Below, piece by piece: positions 1 to 13,364 of a stretch of DNA of 64,000 bases. The notes below the pieces were generated by a model. That model ran no database searches, was not told the DNA's origin, and saw nothing but the letters and a program-made list of their open reading frames with translations. Within the stretch, counting starts at the first letter, position 1. Each line of letters begins with the position of its first letter. This DNA comes from the human T2T-CHM13v2.0 reference genome, Homo sapiens, in NCBI RefSeq assembly GCF_009914755.1, contig NC_060929.1; one strand, 5' to 3'. The position numbers and the translations under genes were made by a program.

Positions 1-734
1 ACCAGCTCTTTTGTTGAGCGTTAGATGACCTATGATGAGAATGCTGTTTTGTCATCAGCCTACAATTTTACCTCCAATTTTCTCCATATTCAACCCTCAA
101 GGTTTGGGGGATGTCACCAACTCTATTTAGAAGCAGCTAAGGGCTGAAAACATAGTAGTTTTGAGTTTCAGGGAAATTAAAAGCCTAAACTTTTTGCACA
201 CTTCTCAAAGCCTTGAGATCGGTGAAGATGTTAATGAGAATTGCCATTATGGTTGATTAATAGAAGAAGGAAAGATGAAGAACTGCCCCAGAGTATATAA
301 CACTGTGGCAGAGGTGGATCTGAGACTCGATATCCTTGTACCCGTTTGCTGTCAGGCTTTGGATCCCTTGTCCAATTCCACTTGACAAAGCAGAAAGAGG
401 TCAGGGCTGATCGTGTGCTGGGTTCTCCACCATGCACCATGGTGCATCCCTGTGAAAGCTAGCCTGGGTATCTACCTCTCATTTCCTCACAGGCAGGATC
501 CTTCCACTGATCCGCCAGACTCCCTGTCTCCCCTCCCTCTGCATTTCCTTGCCCATCAGGTCTGTGAGGTTATGGGCCAGGGGCTTGAGGTCCTGGATCC
601 TGGTCCCAGCTCTGTTGCTTCCTGTCGTTTACACCCTCTGGGCCTCTCTTTCCATAGGACTGTAGTAATATTGTGGAGTTACATACCTGTGAAACAGAGG
701 CAGATTCACCTCCACTAGTGAGTGCTTAGCAGTG

Positions 735-940
735 CTCTCTGCTGGGTACCACTAGACATTCTGCAGTAATGGAAATGAATGGAAATGTCCCATGTGTGTG
801 CTGTCCATTGCAGCAGCCACTAGGCACCAGTGGTTGTTGAGCCTTTGAAATGTGGCTAGTGTGAATGAAGAACAGGATTTAATTTCATTTTAATTCATTT
901 CAATGTAAATAGCCGTCCGTGGCTATGTTGGACAGCACAG
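735..940. mobile_element. hAT-Charlie MITE (MER3-like), degenerate
   Basis: Text such as 'gtgctgtcca...agccactagg...ttgaaatgtggctagtgtga...gtggctatgttggacagcacag' resembles the MER3 consensus; boundaries approximate. Confidence 0.6.
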
Positions 941-988
941 CTCCAGGGTAAGTGTGAGGCAGGAGGCATGAATCCATTCTTTCCCTGG

Positions 989-1360
989 TGTGTTAGTCCA
1001 TTTGCGTTGTTATAAAGAAGCACCTGAGACTGGGTAATTTATAAAGAAAAGAGGTTTATTTTGGCTCATGGCTCTGCAGGCTGTACAGGAAGTGTGATGC
1101 CAGCATCTGCTTCTGGTGAGGGCCTCAGGAAGCTTCTAATCATGGCAGAAGGCAAAGGGGGAGCAGGCTTTATATGGCAAGACAGGGAGCAAGGAGAAGG
1201 GAGGTACCAGGCTCTTTTAAACAACAGCTCTCTCAGGGAGGGCCCCAAGTCATTCATGAGGGATTTGCCCCCACGACTCAAACACTTCCCACCAGGCCCC
1301 ACCTCTGACATTGGGGATCACATTTCAACATGAAATTTGGAGGGGATCCAAACCATATTA
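989..1360 (+). mobile_element. MaLR solo LTR (MSTA/MSTB-like)
   Basis: Starts tgtgttagtccatttgc, contains 'gagactgggtaatttataaagaaaagaggttta' and ends aaaccatatta; 5-bp TSD CCTGG at 984-988 and 1361-1365. Confidence 0.85.
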
Positions 1361-1869
1361 CCTGGTAAGTCCTTGTTTCCACATGTCTCTCATCTTACTG
1401 CAGGGAGTGCTATTCTCTTTTGTTTGTTTTTATGGCTCCTCAAAAATCAACTTTAGACATTTCAGTTTAAAGTGTTTCTTAAAAATCTGGTCTCTAAATG
1501 CAATCCAATCCTTCAGCTGCTCAGCCAAAGAAGCAGTGATCGATGTAGACATTGGCTGCCTTGGACTGAGATGTTCTGGCAGTCTCACCAGTGTGGTGCC
1601 TTCCTTAGAGTGACTTGACTGCATTTTCGCTTTACAGAATGAACTTAGAAGCAAACCTCTCATATAAAATGTAACCCTCTCGTAGGAATCAATGAGGTAG
1701 TAGATAAGCTCTGGATGTCTGTATCAAGGCTGGGAGCATCCAGCTGTAGCCCAGCAGTAGGAAAGACAATCTGTCAAACTATATTTGATTGCTAACAGGT
1801 TAGTAACTAACAGGAAGTCATGCACTGTAGCAGGATGTACTTTTCATGGCCAAAAAGATGAGTACTAAT

Positions 1870-2100
1870 GATGATAACATTAACAGGTAAGACATCCCTA
1901 CTGTACACCAGGCCTTTTGTGAGGCACCTGCATAACCTCATTTGACCATCATGACATCTCTATGATTCAGGAGCAGTTAATATCCCCATTTTGCCAACAA
2001 GAAAACTGGGGAATAGAAAGGTACCATACCTTCCCCAATGTCACTCAGCTAATTAGCAGCAGAGCCAGGATCTGAACACAAGAACCTAGTTCCAGAGCCC
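1870..2100. mobile_element. MIR
   Basis: 'atccccattttg...gaaaactggg...tcactcagctaattagcagcagagccaggatctgaac' resembles the MIR core. Confidence 0.55.
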
Positions 2101-2935
2101 ACAGGCCTCAATAAACCTGTGAAACACTGGCCTTTGCCCACCTGGTGGAAAGATCGGTGAGATGGGAAGCGTGGGGTCAGTGGGCACTAGGATGGGTGTA
2201 TTCGGTGAAGCCTCCTCCTGCTTACAGCACTGTCTGGCAGTGTTGACAATGGCTGGTATGGCACGGAAGCCGATGGCACCTCCTGCGGCAGTGCACCATT
2301 GGTCTTCGTCAGTTCCTCCTTCCTGGCTCACCCGTGGCTGAGTTTCAGATGTGAGAGCCAGTGGGTGTCCTGTCACAGAGATACGGTCGTCGTGTGGGGC
2401 TTCGCCAGGGGTCAGCCTGCAGATAGAACTGCTTTTTTTCACCTGTATCAAAATGCTCTGTGAAATGCGGTTTTATCACGGTGTCTTTCCAGAAGGCGGG
2501 GTTTCTTTTCCTATTTGGTTTCTTGTCAGTCAGGTAGAGATGTTTGTGTTGGAGGCTCCCTGAGTGGTAAGAAAATGAGCAGCTGCTCAGGAACGTCCAC
2601 CTCCTTTTCTTCTCCCTACCCTCCCTCCTTGGGTAGAAACCAGATTGACCTGAAATGTAATTTGGTTCCTTTTGCACAGAAAGATGGAAGTCATGTGCTG
2701 TAGCCGGAAAAGCTGAAAGCCTGGGGACCGGAGCCAGAAGATCCGGGTTCCGGTCCCAGTTCTGCTGACCTTGCAGTGGGACGCCAGTTATTCCATGTTT
2801 CTGGGCATCTATTTCACAGAGATTGAACTGGACAATGTCTAAGTTTTCTTAGAGCTCTCAATCCTATAAGATGGACAGATGCTGAATTCGCTCAACAGTA
2901 GGGAGACAGACCTTTCCCAGCTCTGGGCATCTTAA

Positions 2936-3232
<297 letters not shown>

Positions 3233-4766
3233 GGATCTGGGTTCGTCTCTGCAGCTGCCTACCCCTGCCCCATGTGTCCCCCGTTACCTGTCCTCAGAGC
3301 CTCAGGTATGGTCCAGGCTCTGAGGAAAGTCAGGGTTGCTGTGTGGGAACCCCTCTGCCTGGCACCTGGATACCCTGGGCCAGGTAACCTGAGGGCAGGG
3401 GAGAGGTGGGGTGGCAGACACGCAGAAGTGCTACTAGTGACAGGGCTGCCATCGCTCACCTGTACCTATTTACACCCAGAACTTTCCAGCTCCCCCTCAT
3501 CATGCCTCCTCCTTCCTACCTGCCTCCCCTCTGCTGGTGCACCTCGCCCAACTCATTCTTACTGCACAGTTCACTTTATTTAACAATTTTCATGTCCCCC
3601 ACCTCATGTTTTCACCTTTTCTGGGCCAGGCATAGATTAAGTAACTGGGAACGCCCCCTCTTTATAAAGCTGGGCTTCTTTCTCATCTCTCTCCCAAATG
3701 TTGTATCTCAGTATTCTTCCTATTCGAGTCTCCAGGGGGTGGCTGGACCTACCTGGTCATTTGAAACAGGCCCCCAAGCTGGAGTTTTTAATCTGGACTC
3801 TCTGGCTTGCTGTGACCCCTAAGGCAATGCTTCTCTTCCCTGGATTCCTTAGTGTGGGTCACAGTACTGTGTTCTTAGTTGCTTTAGCTCTTAAAACATA
3901 CGAAGTGTTGCCTAAACTGAAAATATTTATCTTTTATTTAAAATCAGATTTTTGTTTTTAGACTGTCTTAGATCTGGGGCTATTACGAATCACTTCTTCT
4001 TCAGTAAACTTTGACTCAACTTCTCCTGCTGAAAAGAAGCTCGCTCCAGATGTCTGCATGGGTCCTCGGCACTCTTGGCTGAGGACTCAAAGGTTTTAAT
4101 CAGGATCGTCTAAAAATGTACCTCGGTGAGGAGGCACAGATTTTGCCTCCTGTTGACCAGCCTGGTTTCATACCGAAAAGACATTGAAGGACTGCAGAAA
4201 TGTATGGGTGCACCGGGCCGAGGGAAGGGTGGCTGAGTGAGAGGCGTATAAAATGGGGCTGTGTGCATGCAGGCCCATGTTTCAGCCTCAGCCCACGCCA
4301 GGTGAAAGGATCAGCAATGCTCTGTTGCCATCGTGCTGGGACGACACCAGCTCTATTGCCACCGATGAGTAGCTGAGGTCAGTGTGCACAGAGTTTGAAA
4401 TTAAGTTAATAGACTTTACAGCAGCTGGTCTGACACTACGCGCAGTGCTCGGTTGTTTACAATCAGTGGGGAAAAGGGCAGAACCAGTGCCCGGCCCCAC
4501 ACTGCCTCTGTGGCCTGGACTTTGAAAGGAACCCACTGAACACTAATTATGAGCCCTGTCTTTCCCCCAGAATGCCTCCCTGGGTTTCACAAACAGCCTT
4601 GAGGTTGGCCCTCCTCAAGGTCAGCCTTCAGATTTGGGAGCAAACTTCAGAGAAGGCAGAGGAAGATACATTGCCTTGCTGTGGGCTGCCTCTTCTTTCC
4701 TCTTGGTGTGCGAAGTATTTCAGAAGGCCATTGATGAATTCCCCCTCTTTAGCTGTGTATTTGTGC

Positions 4767-4797
4767 ACGTGTGTGTGTACGTGCGTGTGTGTGTGTG
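4767..4797. repeat. Imperfect (TG)n microsatellite in the SLC36A1 3'UTR
   Basis: cgtgtgtgtgtacgtgcgtgtgtgtgtgtg. Confidence 0.9.
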
Positions 4798-7112
4798 TTC
4801 CTGTGTAAGTAACAGACCAGACTCCTTTTCTCTTCTGTCCCGTCACCAGGCTCTTGCTTCACTGCAGATACAGTTCACTCTGAAAGCTGGTTGAAGGAGA
4901 GCAGCAAAAATGTATCAGGGGTTTTGCTTCTGTGTTTCGCCAAAGCTCATAAGGGCTGTGACCCACCCATATGGCCCCAGTTTTTTCTGTCTCTTCTGTT
5001 CCAAAGCCAGGAGAGCTGACTTCCAGGTGAAGGGATGGGAAAAGTGGACTCTCATTGTAGTGACTCCCAACCTACCTAATAATTTGTTAACTTAGGAATA
5101 TGCTATCATTGTTGACTTGTTCTTCCTTAGGAGAAGGACGATTTTCACCCACCCTTTCTGTTCTATGGTGGACTCTTAACAGGTGCTATGTGACCAGGAA
5201 TCTAGCCGGGAGTAGCAGAGGCCCTGTCTTCTGAAGTCTCAGGCTTAGAAGTTACCAAAGTGGGCTCAGAAACTGTCATCTCCTGGTTCCAAGTTCGGGC
5301 TCTGGCAGCCCAGCCGCTATCTTAGCTGTCTTTCCCAGCGGTGCTAAGAGTGGTCTCAGTGAGAAGGTAGATGCCAACTGGAGGGCCAGACCTGTGTCCT
5401 GCCCATGTCCTCCTTGGTGGACGTTTCTGTTTACTCAGAGCTGCTAGAGACCATCCTGCCCATCCGAGTTCTGAGATTGGGACTGTGATGTTGGGACCTG
5501 AGGACTGGATGGTAGAATACTGGGGTCCCCCAGCTCTTAGCAGGATGCAGGCTATTGCTTCCACACCCCTGGCCGTGAGAACGTGGTATGTAGGAGAGTT
5601 GGCTGTAGCTTTAGGATTTCTGGAAGCCAATTTGGCATGGCCTATTTGATCTCTGGCTTGTGCTCCTGCTACACTGACAGACTGATTGCGTGGCTCTTTC
5701 AGAAGACCCAGGAAGGGCAGCTCCAGCCAGAGGACCTTCCTGGCTATGCAGGTGCACAGCTCTTAGGCATCAAGCAAAGGGTCAGCCAGTCAGTAGTAGT
5801 GGGAGGAAGCCCTTCCTCCTCTTATGCAAGCAGCTCGCAGCCAGCCCAGAATCTCTTATGCAGCCCAAAGGGCTTCTTGAGGTAGAGAGCCCTCCCCAGT
5901 GTCTTCCCAGGATAAGTAGAAATATGATCACAGAGCAACGGAGCAAAGGCTTTCGGGAGTGTGAGGCTGCATCTGCTGGAGCAAAGGGAAACCGTGGGCT
6001 TTTCCGGCCAGATACTCTTGAGCTCTGTGACCCTGCTCCTGTCACCCCAATTTCTCCAAGCCAGAGGTAGCTTTCTCAGAGCCCCTTGGTGGTTCTGTCC
6101 TCCAAATGCTGCTGTTGGGAGCGGGCTTCCAGCTCTCAGTGGGCAGTGCACCTCCTCCTAAATGCAGGCACTTGCTAGGAAGAGTGTGAGCTGGCGTCTT
6201 CTGTTCACCCTGCCTAGCAGTTGTCACCATTCACAAGTGGCATTATTTATGTTGTGCTGCTGTCCAGCTGCTAAGATCCCTTCATCTGCACAAGCCCTGG
6301 CTAGATATGTGTGAATGTGTGGCATCATTTCACTTCAGCCGCCCAATTCCATCTCTCCTCTGCAGCCAGATTCACTGGCTGATGCTCACTGCTCACTGTC
6401 TATCCCCACGAAATTTAGTTTTATCAGTAGTCTTAAAGTGTTGATCTCAAACAAGTACATTAGAAAAATCATGTTTCTTCTCTCTCATCTTACTTTTTCT
6501 TCTCAGATTTCTCCCTTCCTAGAACATTCTCTCTGTTTAGCACTAATGTTCACCTCGTATTTTTTGGAAGTGCAAAAATCTCAATTTGTGTCTGTTTACA
6601 GCTCTCTCTCCTCACTGCTCACAGCAAGGGGTTCTGTATCAGTGGATTTCATTTTGTAGCTGCTGAGATGTTAAGGCAAGCCTCAGCATCTGCCCCTGCT
6701 GGGTGCACAATGCTGCTTCCTCGAAGAGAAGACACAGAGTCCAAGTGGCAGGACTTGAGGTTGGCTTCCACTCTGCCTTAGAAGTTAATTTTCCAAAGTA
6801 CATTACAAATCTCTGAGGCCATTAGGGGAAAAGGAAGGGGTGTGGTTTGTCTTTGAAATTACGGTTAATACTTTTAGACAGTAAGTCCGGCTGGTTGCAG
6901 GGCTATTTGCCCCGACAGCATCAGCCTGTAACATTTCTTCTCTTTCCTTTGTGCCACTGAGTCGTTCCCTGGCCAGAGGACATAAATGGTGCTGGTAGGA
7001 GGTTATCAGAGTAAGGAAGGTAGCAGATATAGGTGCAGGGTGCCTGTCATTCACTGTGTTATTTGGTTTAAATCAAAGTGATTCTGGGGGAAGCTATGCT
7101 CTTTCAGTGGAT

Positions 7113-7118
7113 AATAAA
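7113..7118 (+). terminator. Candidate proximal poly(A) signal AATAAA
   Basis: ggataataaaattgg. Confidence 0.4.
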
Positions 7119-7329
7119 ATTGGTAACTCTATTGTAAAACATGTCAATGGTGTGTGAAGAAAAATCAACCAATCTGTAGGTGTTGATAACTAGACAGTAC
7201 TGTGTATGTTACGTGCCTGTGTGGATGTGCACTTCCAGCATGGTATGTGTAGCGATGTGGATCATGCCAGAGTTCGTAGATCCTGTTTTGGGGTTTGCAC
7301 ATGGATCGTATGTTAAGCTTTTTCTTTTC

Positions 7330-7335
7330 AATAAA
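7330..7335 (+). terminator. SLC36A1 main poly(A) signal AATAAA
   Basis: Upstream TGTA motifs, U-rich flanks and a downstream gtgtc-T-run element at ~7370-7395. Confidence 0.8.
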
Positions 7336-7647
7336 TGAATTTTATTTTTATTTTTGAGAGGTTGCTATCTGTGTCTTTTTTTTTTTTCTTTTTATATCAC
7401 TCAGATCCCTTTACTAGATACTGGGTTAAATGTTTCCGGCTTATGCCACAGAGTTCATATGGCAAAGTGGCACAAGCAGTAGACCCATCCATGGAATTAA
7501 GAGTCGCCCAAGAAGAAAGGGACTAGGAATGGTTTTTTATTTTTTTTTCTGTTAGACAATCCTCCCCTCCCTAAACCTCCTCCTGCTTCTCTCGAAAACT
7601 TGAGTAAGAATTTTCAGCCCTCTCCTTGCATAGCAGATGAGCCCACA

Positions 7648-8055
7648 TGACAGCCAGTTTTATATGTGTCAACTTATAATTCAGTCAAACACTAATCCAG
7701 GTGTTGCTGCGAAGGTATTTTGTAAATGTGGTTAACATCTATAATCAGTTGCCTTTAAGTAAAAGAGGTTTTCTCAATATTGTGGGTGGGCCACATCCAA
7801 TCAGTATAAAGGCCTTTAGAACAAAGCTGAGGTTTCCTTGGAGAAGAAATTCTGCCTCCAGACTGCAGCATCAGCTCCTGCCTACAGGCCTGCCCTATGA
7901 CTCGCAGACTTGCCGACTCATACGGTCATGGGAGCCAGTTCCTTGATTTGTCTCTCTCTCAGTCTCTCTATGTGTATCTGTGTTCACATATGTGTGTGTG
8001 TGTGTATATATATATCTCCTACTGGCTTTGTTTCTCTGAAGAAACCGGACACAAC
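7648..8055 (+). mobile_element. ERVL solo LTR (MLT2-like)
   Basis: 'ttttatatgtgtcaactt...gtgggtgggccacatccaatcagt...agaagaaattctgcctccagactgc...tttctctgaagaaacc'. Confidence 0.75.
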
Positions 8056-8149
8056 AGGTAACACTTAATTTTCTTGAAATGTGGAGATTAATTTCAGGAC
8101 AGGACAATGGAAGAGATGACACCCCTTCCCTTCCCTTTTTGTCACTGAG

Positions 8150-8530
8150 TGGGAAAACACACTTAAGGCTTAAAATGTTTATTCTCTCACTCAATACATT
8201 TCCCCGCCCCCCAAAATACTTGAGAATTTGTTCGCACCAGCAAGCATACAATCACTTCTGCGGCAAACACTAGCCAGGTGTGCTCCAATTCAATTCTGAC
8301 ACCACCTGCCTGAAGATGGCATCAGATCCCACAGGACGAGGGCTCAGTCCCCAAGAGTGACACCCCCACCACCACCACTTCCAGTGCCAATTGCAAGTAC
8401 CAGGTTGTTTACCTGTGCTTCTGACTGGCTAAAAATTTTAAATCAGGGTTCCCATGACTCTGTTTTGGGGTTCAATTAATTTGCTAGAGTAGCTCATAGA
8501 ACTCAGGAAAATACATTTACCAGTATAAGT
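8150..8530 (-). mobile_element. LTR fragment (MER21-like)
   Basis: 'caattcaattctgacaccacctgcctgaagatggcatcagatccca' is the reverse-complement homologue of 50770-50815 in the MER21-like LTR. Confidence 0.6.
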
Positions 8531-9721
8531 TTTAAAACAGAGCCTTCAAAGAATACTCTTAAAGTATAACATTTTACCAAGAGAGGAAGGTGGGCATGTA
8601 GTCTGACTATTTTCGTTGTCATTATCATTTCTGGAACAGGAAGGTCAAAGAGATTTAGCAGCTACGCCAAGCCACCAACTAGTAGTTAGCAGCATTGGGA
8701 TACACACACAAGTCTTCTGGTTCCAGAACCTGAGTGCTTCCCAAGGCGCTGGCTGCCTGTCTGTTGCAGCCTCAAGAGGAAGGTTTGCCTTGGGAATTGT
8801 CCTGAGGGTTAGAGAGAATGTTGTAAAGTGCCATATGTCATAATCACAAAGGGCTTATTAAACATTTTCTGAAATATTAGCTGACTTGTAGAAAACCAGG
8901 ACTCCAAAATACTTCTGCTTGTTGTTCTGGCTGTCCATCCATGCACTGATGTCTTGCTCACTTCCTCTGTGGAGGCCACTCAATCCTCTTTTAGGTTGTC
9001 TACCTCCTGAATTTTTTATTTCTGCTCACATTTATACCTAATGGCTGGAACCCCTTCTTCCAGAAAGCCAGGGCCCTCAGGTAAGCCCATTGCATTACTA
9101 CTGGAGGCATAAACCTGAGTGACAGTGGACTGAATTTGGACCCTAAGCCTGGGGCTCTTTGCTATGTAGGTTGCCTTCCTCATACTTTGCCCATTGCGGT
9201 TGTGCTGAGGAACTATGTGTGTCTTTAATGGGTATGCTTTACTAGACCCTTGGCCATTGGTCTCCTTTTTTAAAAAAAATGGAGTATAATTTACATGTAA
9301 TTAAATTTAAATTTACCTTTTTCAAATGTGCAGTTCAATGTGTTTTGCATACAGTCATGTGACCACCATCTCAATCAAGATACAGAATGTTTCCTTTGCC
9401 CCCAGAAGGTCCCTTGTGCCCCTTTGCAATCAATCCCATCCTCACACCACTCAGCCCTTGGCAACTGCTAATCTGTTTTATCTGTCTCCAGTTTTGTCTT
9501 TTCTAGAATGTCATATAAAACCGTTACATATGTAGCCCTTTGTGTCTGGTTTCTTTCACTTAACATAATCATCCTTTTTATATTCCTCCATGTTGTTACA
9601 TGTATCTGTAATTGGTTCTTTTTATTGCTGAGTAGTATCTATTGCGTGGATGAACCATAATTTGTTTATCCATTCATTAGTTGATAGTCTTTGAGGTTGC
9701 TTCAAATTTTTAGTTATTATG

Positions 9722-9907
9722 GCTTATGTTATTTTAATGTAAATTTCTGGTAAACAATTTAGAAACTACCTCTTCTTTCTTCCTTTAAAACTCACTTCTA
9801 ACTGCTGCTAATCAGAGTATGTTATGAGGGCAACTTGAATCTGTGCTTCCCAGTGGCCATTCGCAAGTTTTGGGCTCAAATATACTCTATATTTAATTAT
9901 AAAAAAA
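9722..9907 (+). mobile_element. ERV1 LTR 3' fragment (MER34/MER39-like) ending in an A7 tail
   Basis: 'cctttaaaactcacttctaactgctgctaatcagagt...gggcaacttgaatctgtgcttcc...ggctcaaatatactct' then A7; TATTATG repeated at 9715-9721 and 9912-9918. Confidence 0.55.
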
Positions 9908-11031
9908 TTACTATTATGAATAAAGCTGCTATAAATACTCATGTACAGGTCTTTGTGTAGACCTATGTTTTTATTTCTCTTGAGTAAATACCTAGAGGTG
10001 AAATGATGAGGTTGTATGGGAAATGTGTGCTAACTTTTGGCAAATTATTTTCCAAAGTGGCCGTTCCTTGTTGGATTCCTAATGTATAACAGTTACAGTT
10101 GCTCCATATCTTCACCAATACTTAATATTGTGGTCTTTTAAATTTTAGCCCTTCTAATAGGTGTGAAGTGGCATCTCATTACGGTTTTAATTTGCATTTC
10201 CCCAATGGCTAGTGATGTTTTGCACCTCTTTACGTGCTTATTGGCCTAAGGAAGTACTTGTTCAAATATTTTGCCTCTTAAAATTCAGTCATCTACTTCT
10301 TTTGATATAGGTTTTTTATTGGGAAATAATTGTAGATTACAGGAAGACTCAAAGGCACAGGAGGGAGGTCCAGGTCCAGAGCACTCTTCAGCTGGGCTTC
10401 CCAGTGTTAACATCTTGCATAACTGTAGTACATTATTGAAACCAGGAAATTGACATTAGCACAATCCATAGAGCTGATTCAGATTTCATTAGTTATACAG
10501 ATACTCATTTGTGTGTGTGTGTTTGTGTATAGCTGTATGCAATGTTATCATGAGTAGCTTTGTATACACCACCACCACAATCTAGATGCCTAACTGTACC
10601 GTCACCTCAAGACTCCTTATGCTACCCCTTTATAGATACCCACTCCCTTCAGTCCCCCACATCCCTAACCTTCCCCAGAAGCCACGAATCTGTTCATCTC
10701 TATAATTTTATTCATGAAATTAATAATAATAATTCAATAAATTGAATTATGCCATATGTATCTTTTGGGGATTGGCTTCTTTCACTCAGTATAATTTCCT
10801 TGATGTTCATCTAAGTTGTTGCATTTATCAATAGTTTTTTTCTTTTTATTGCTGAGTAGGGTTCCATGGTACTGATGTTTAACCCTTCAGTCACTGAAAG
10901 AAATGTGCAGTTTCCGGATTTAGTTATTACAAATAAAGTACTATAAATATTTGTACAAGTGTTCCTGCATGAAAATCAGTTTTAATTTCTCTGGGATATA
11001 TGCCCAGGAGCACAATTGCTGAATTGTATGG

Positions 11032-11779
<748 letters not shown>

Positions 11780-12638
11780 TGACACTATTTGTTATTTTAA
11801 CCATTTATCAGATCCTGTGTTTTGTTAGATTTATACTTAAGTATTTAATTTTCTTTGGAGCAATTATAAATGGTATTTTTTATTCCAGTTTCTGTGTGTC
11901 CATTGGTAGTATATAGAAATATAACTGATTTGTGTATTTTAATCTTGTATCCTGTGACCTTTCTGTACTCGATAATTCTAGGAGTTTTTGGTTAGATTTC
12001 TTGAGATTTTCTATTTAGACAACCATGTTGTCTGCAAATAGAGATAGATGCATTTCTTCTTTTCCAGTGTCTATCTCTTTTCTTTCTTTCTTTCTTTTTT
12101 GTCATATTGCAATGGTTCAAATTTCCAGTTTAAAAAAAGTGGTGAGAGTGAACATCCTAGTCCAGTCCCTGATCTTGTAGGGAAAGCATTCAGTCTTTCA
12201 CTTTAAGTATGATGTAAGTAGTATAATTTTTATAGAAGTTCCCCTCTATTTCTGTACTGAGATATTTAAAAATCATGAATGAGTACTGAATTTTGTCAAA
12301 TGCTTTTTCTGTATCTGATATGATCGTATAGTTTTTCTTTTTTCACCTTTTGATATGGTGGATTCCATTGATTGATTTTTGAATATTGAACTGGCCTTGC
12401 TTACTTGGAATAAATCCTACTTGATCATTGTATACTATTCTTTATATTGTTAGATTGCCTTTCATTTTTCACTCACCCTGATATTTACTCTGACAGATGT
12501 AGAATCCAGAATGGTGCCTTTTTAGAAATGAGCAAAGCCATATGCATAACTTCTATTTTTGGCATAAGGGTACTTTTGCCCCAGGCTGGATTTCCGGCTG
12601 CTCTGGTGCTACAGAAAGGCTGCGTGGGTTTCTTTAGG

Positions 12639-12870
12639 ACAGAGTTTCTTTACCTCACTATTACTGCCATTTGGGGCTGCAGAATTCTTGTTGAGGGGCT
12701 TTTCTGTGCATTCTAGGATGTTTAGCAGCATCCTGGGCCTCTGCCCACTAGATGTCAGTTGCACCCTGCAAGTTGTGACAACTAAAAATGTCTCCAGAAT
12801 TGCCAAATATCCCCTTGGCTGGAGTGGGGGATGGGGTGGAAATTGCCCACCTCAGCTGCCAGGAACCAAT
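12639..12870. mobile_element. MER20 (hAT-Charlie)
   Basis: 'tgtgcattctaggatgtttagcagcatcctgggcctctgcccactagatgtcag...gttgtgacaactaaaaatgtctccaga'. Confidence 0.85.
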
Positions 12871-12917
12871 GCCTGAGAACATTTGGTGCCCACCTACCTT
12901 TAGCTGGGGGGATGTCC

Positions 12918-13364
<447 letters not shown>

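Larger units (their letters stand above)
3233..7355 (+). other. SLC36A1: SLC36A1 3'UTR (~4.1 kb)
   Basis: Repeat-poor sequence after the stop, ending at AATAAA 7330-7335 followed by GU/U-rich sequence; exact cleavage site approximate. Confidence 0.8.

Noticed and set aside
2270-2292. CTCF-like motifs (also near 15050 and 47005)
   Set aside because: Several mismatches to the core; not supportable without PWM scoring or ChIP data
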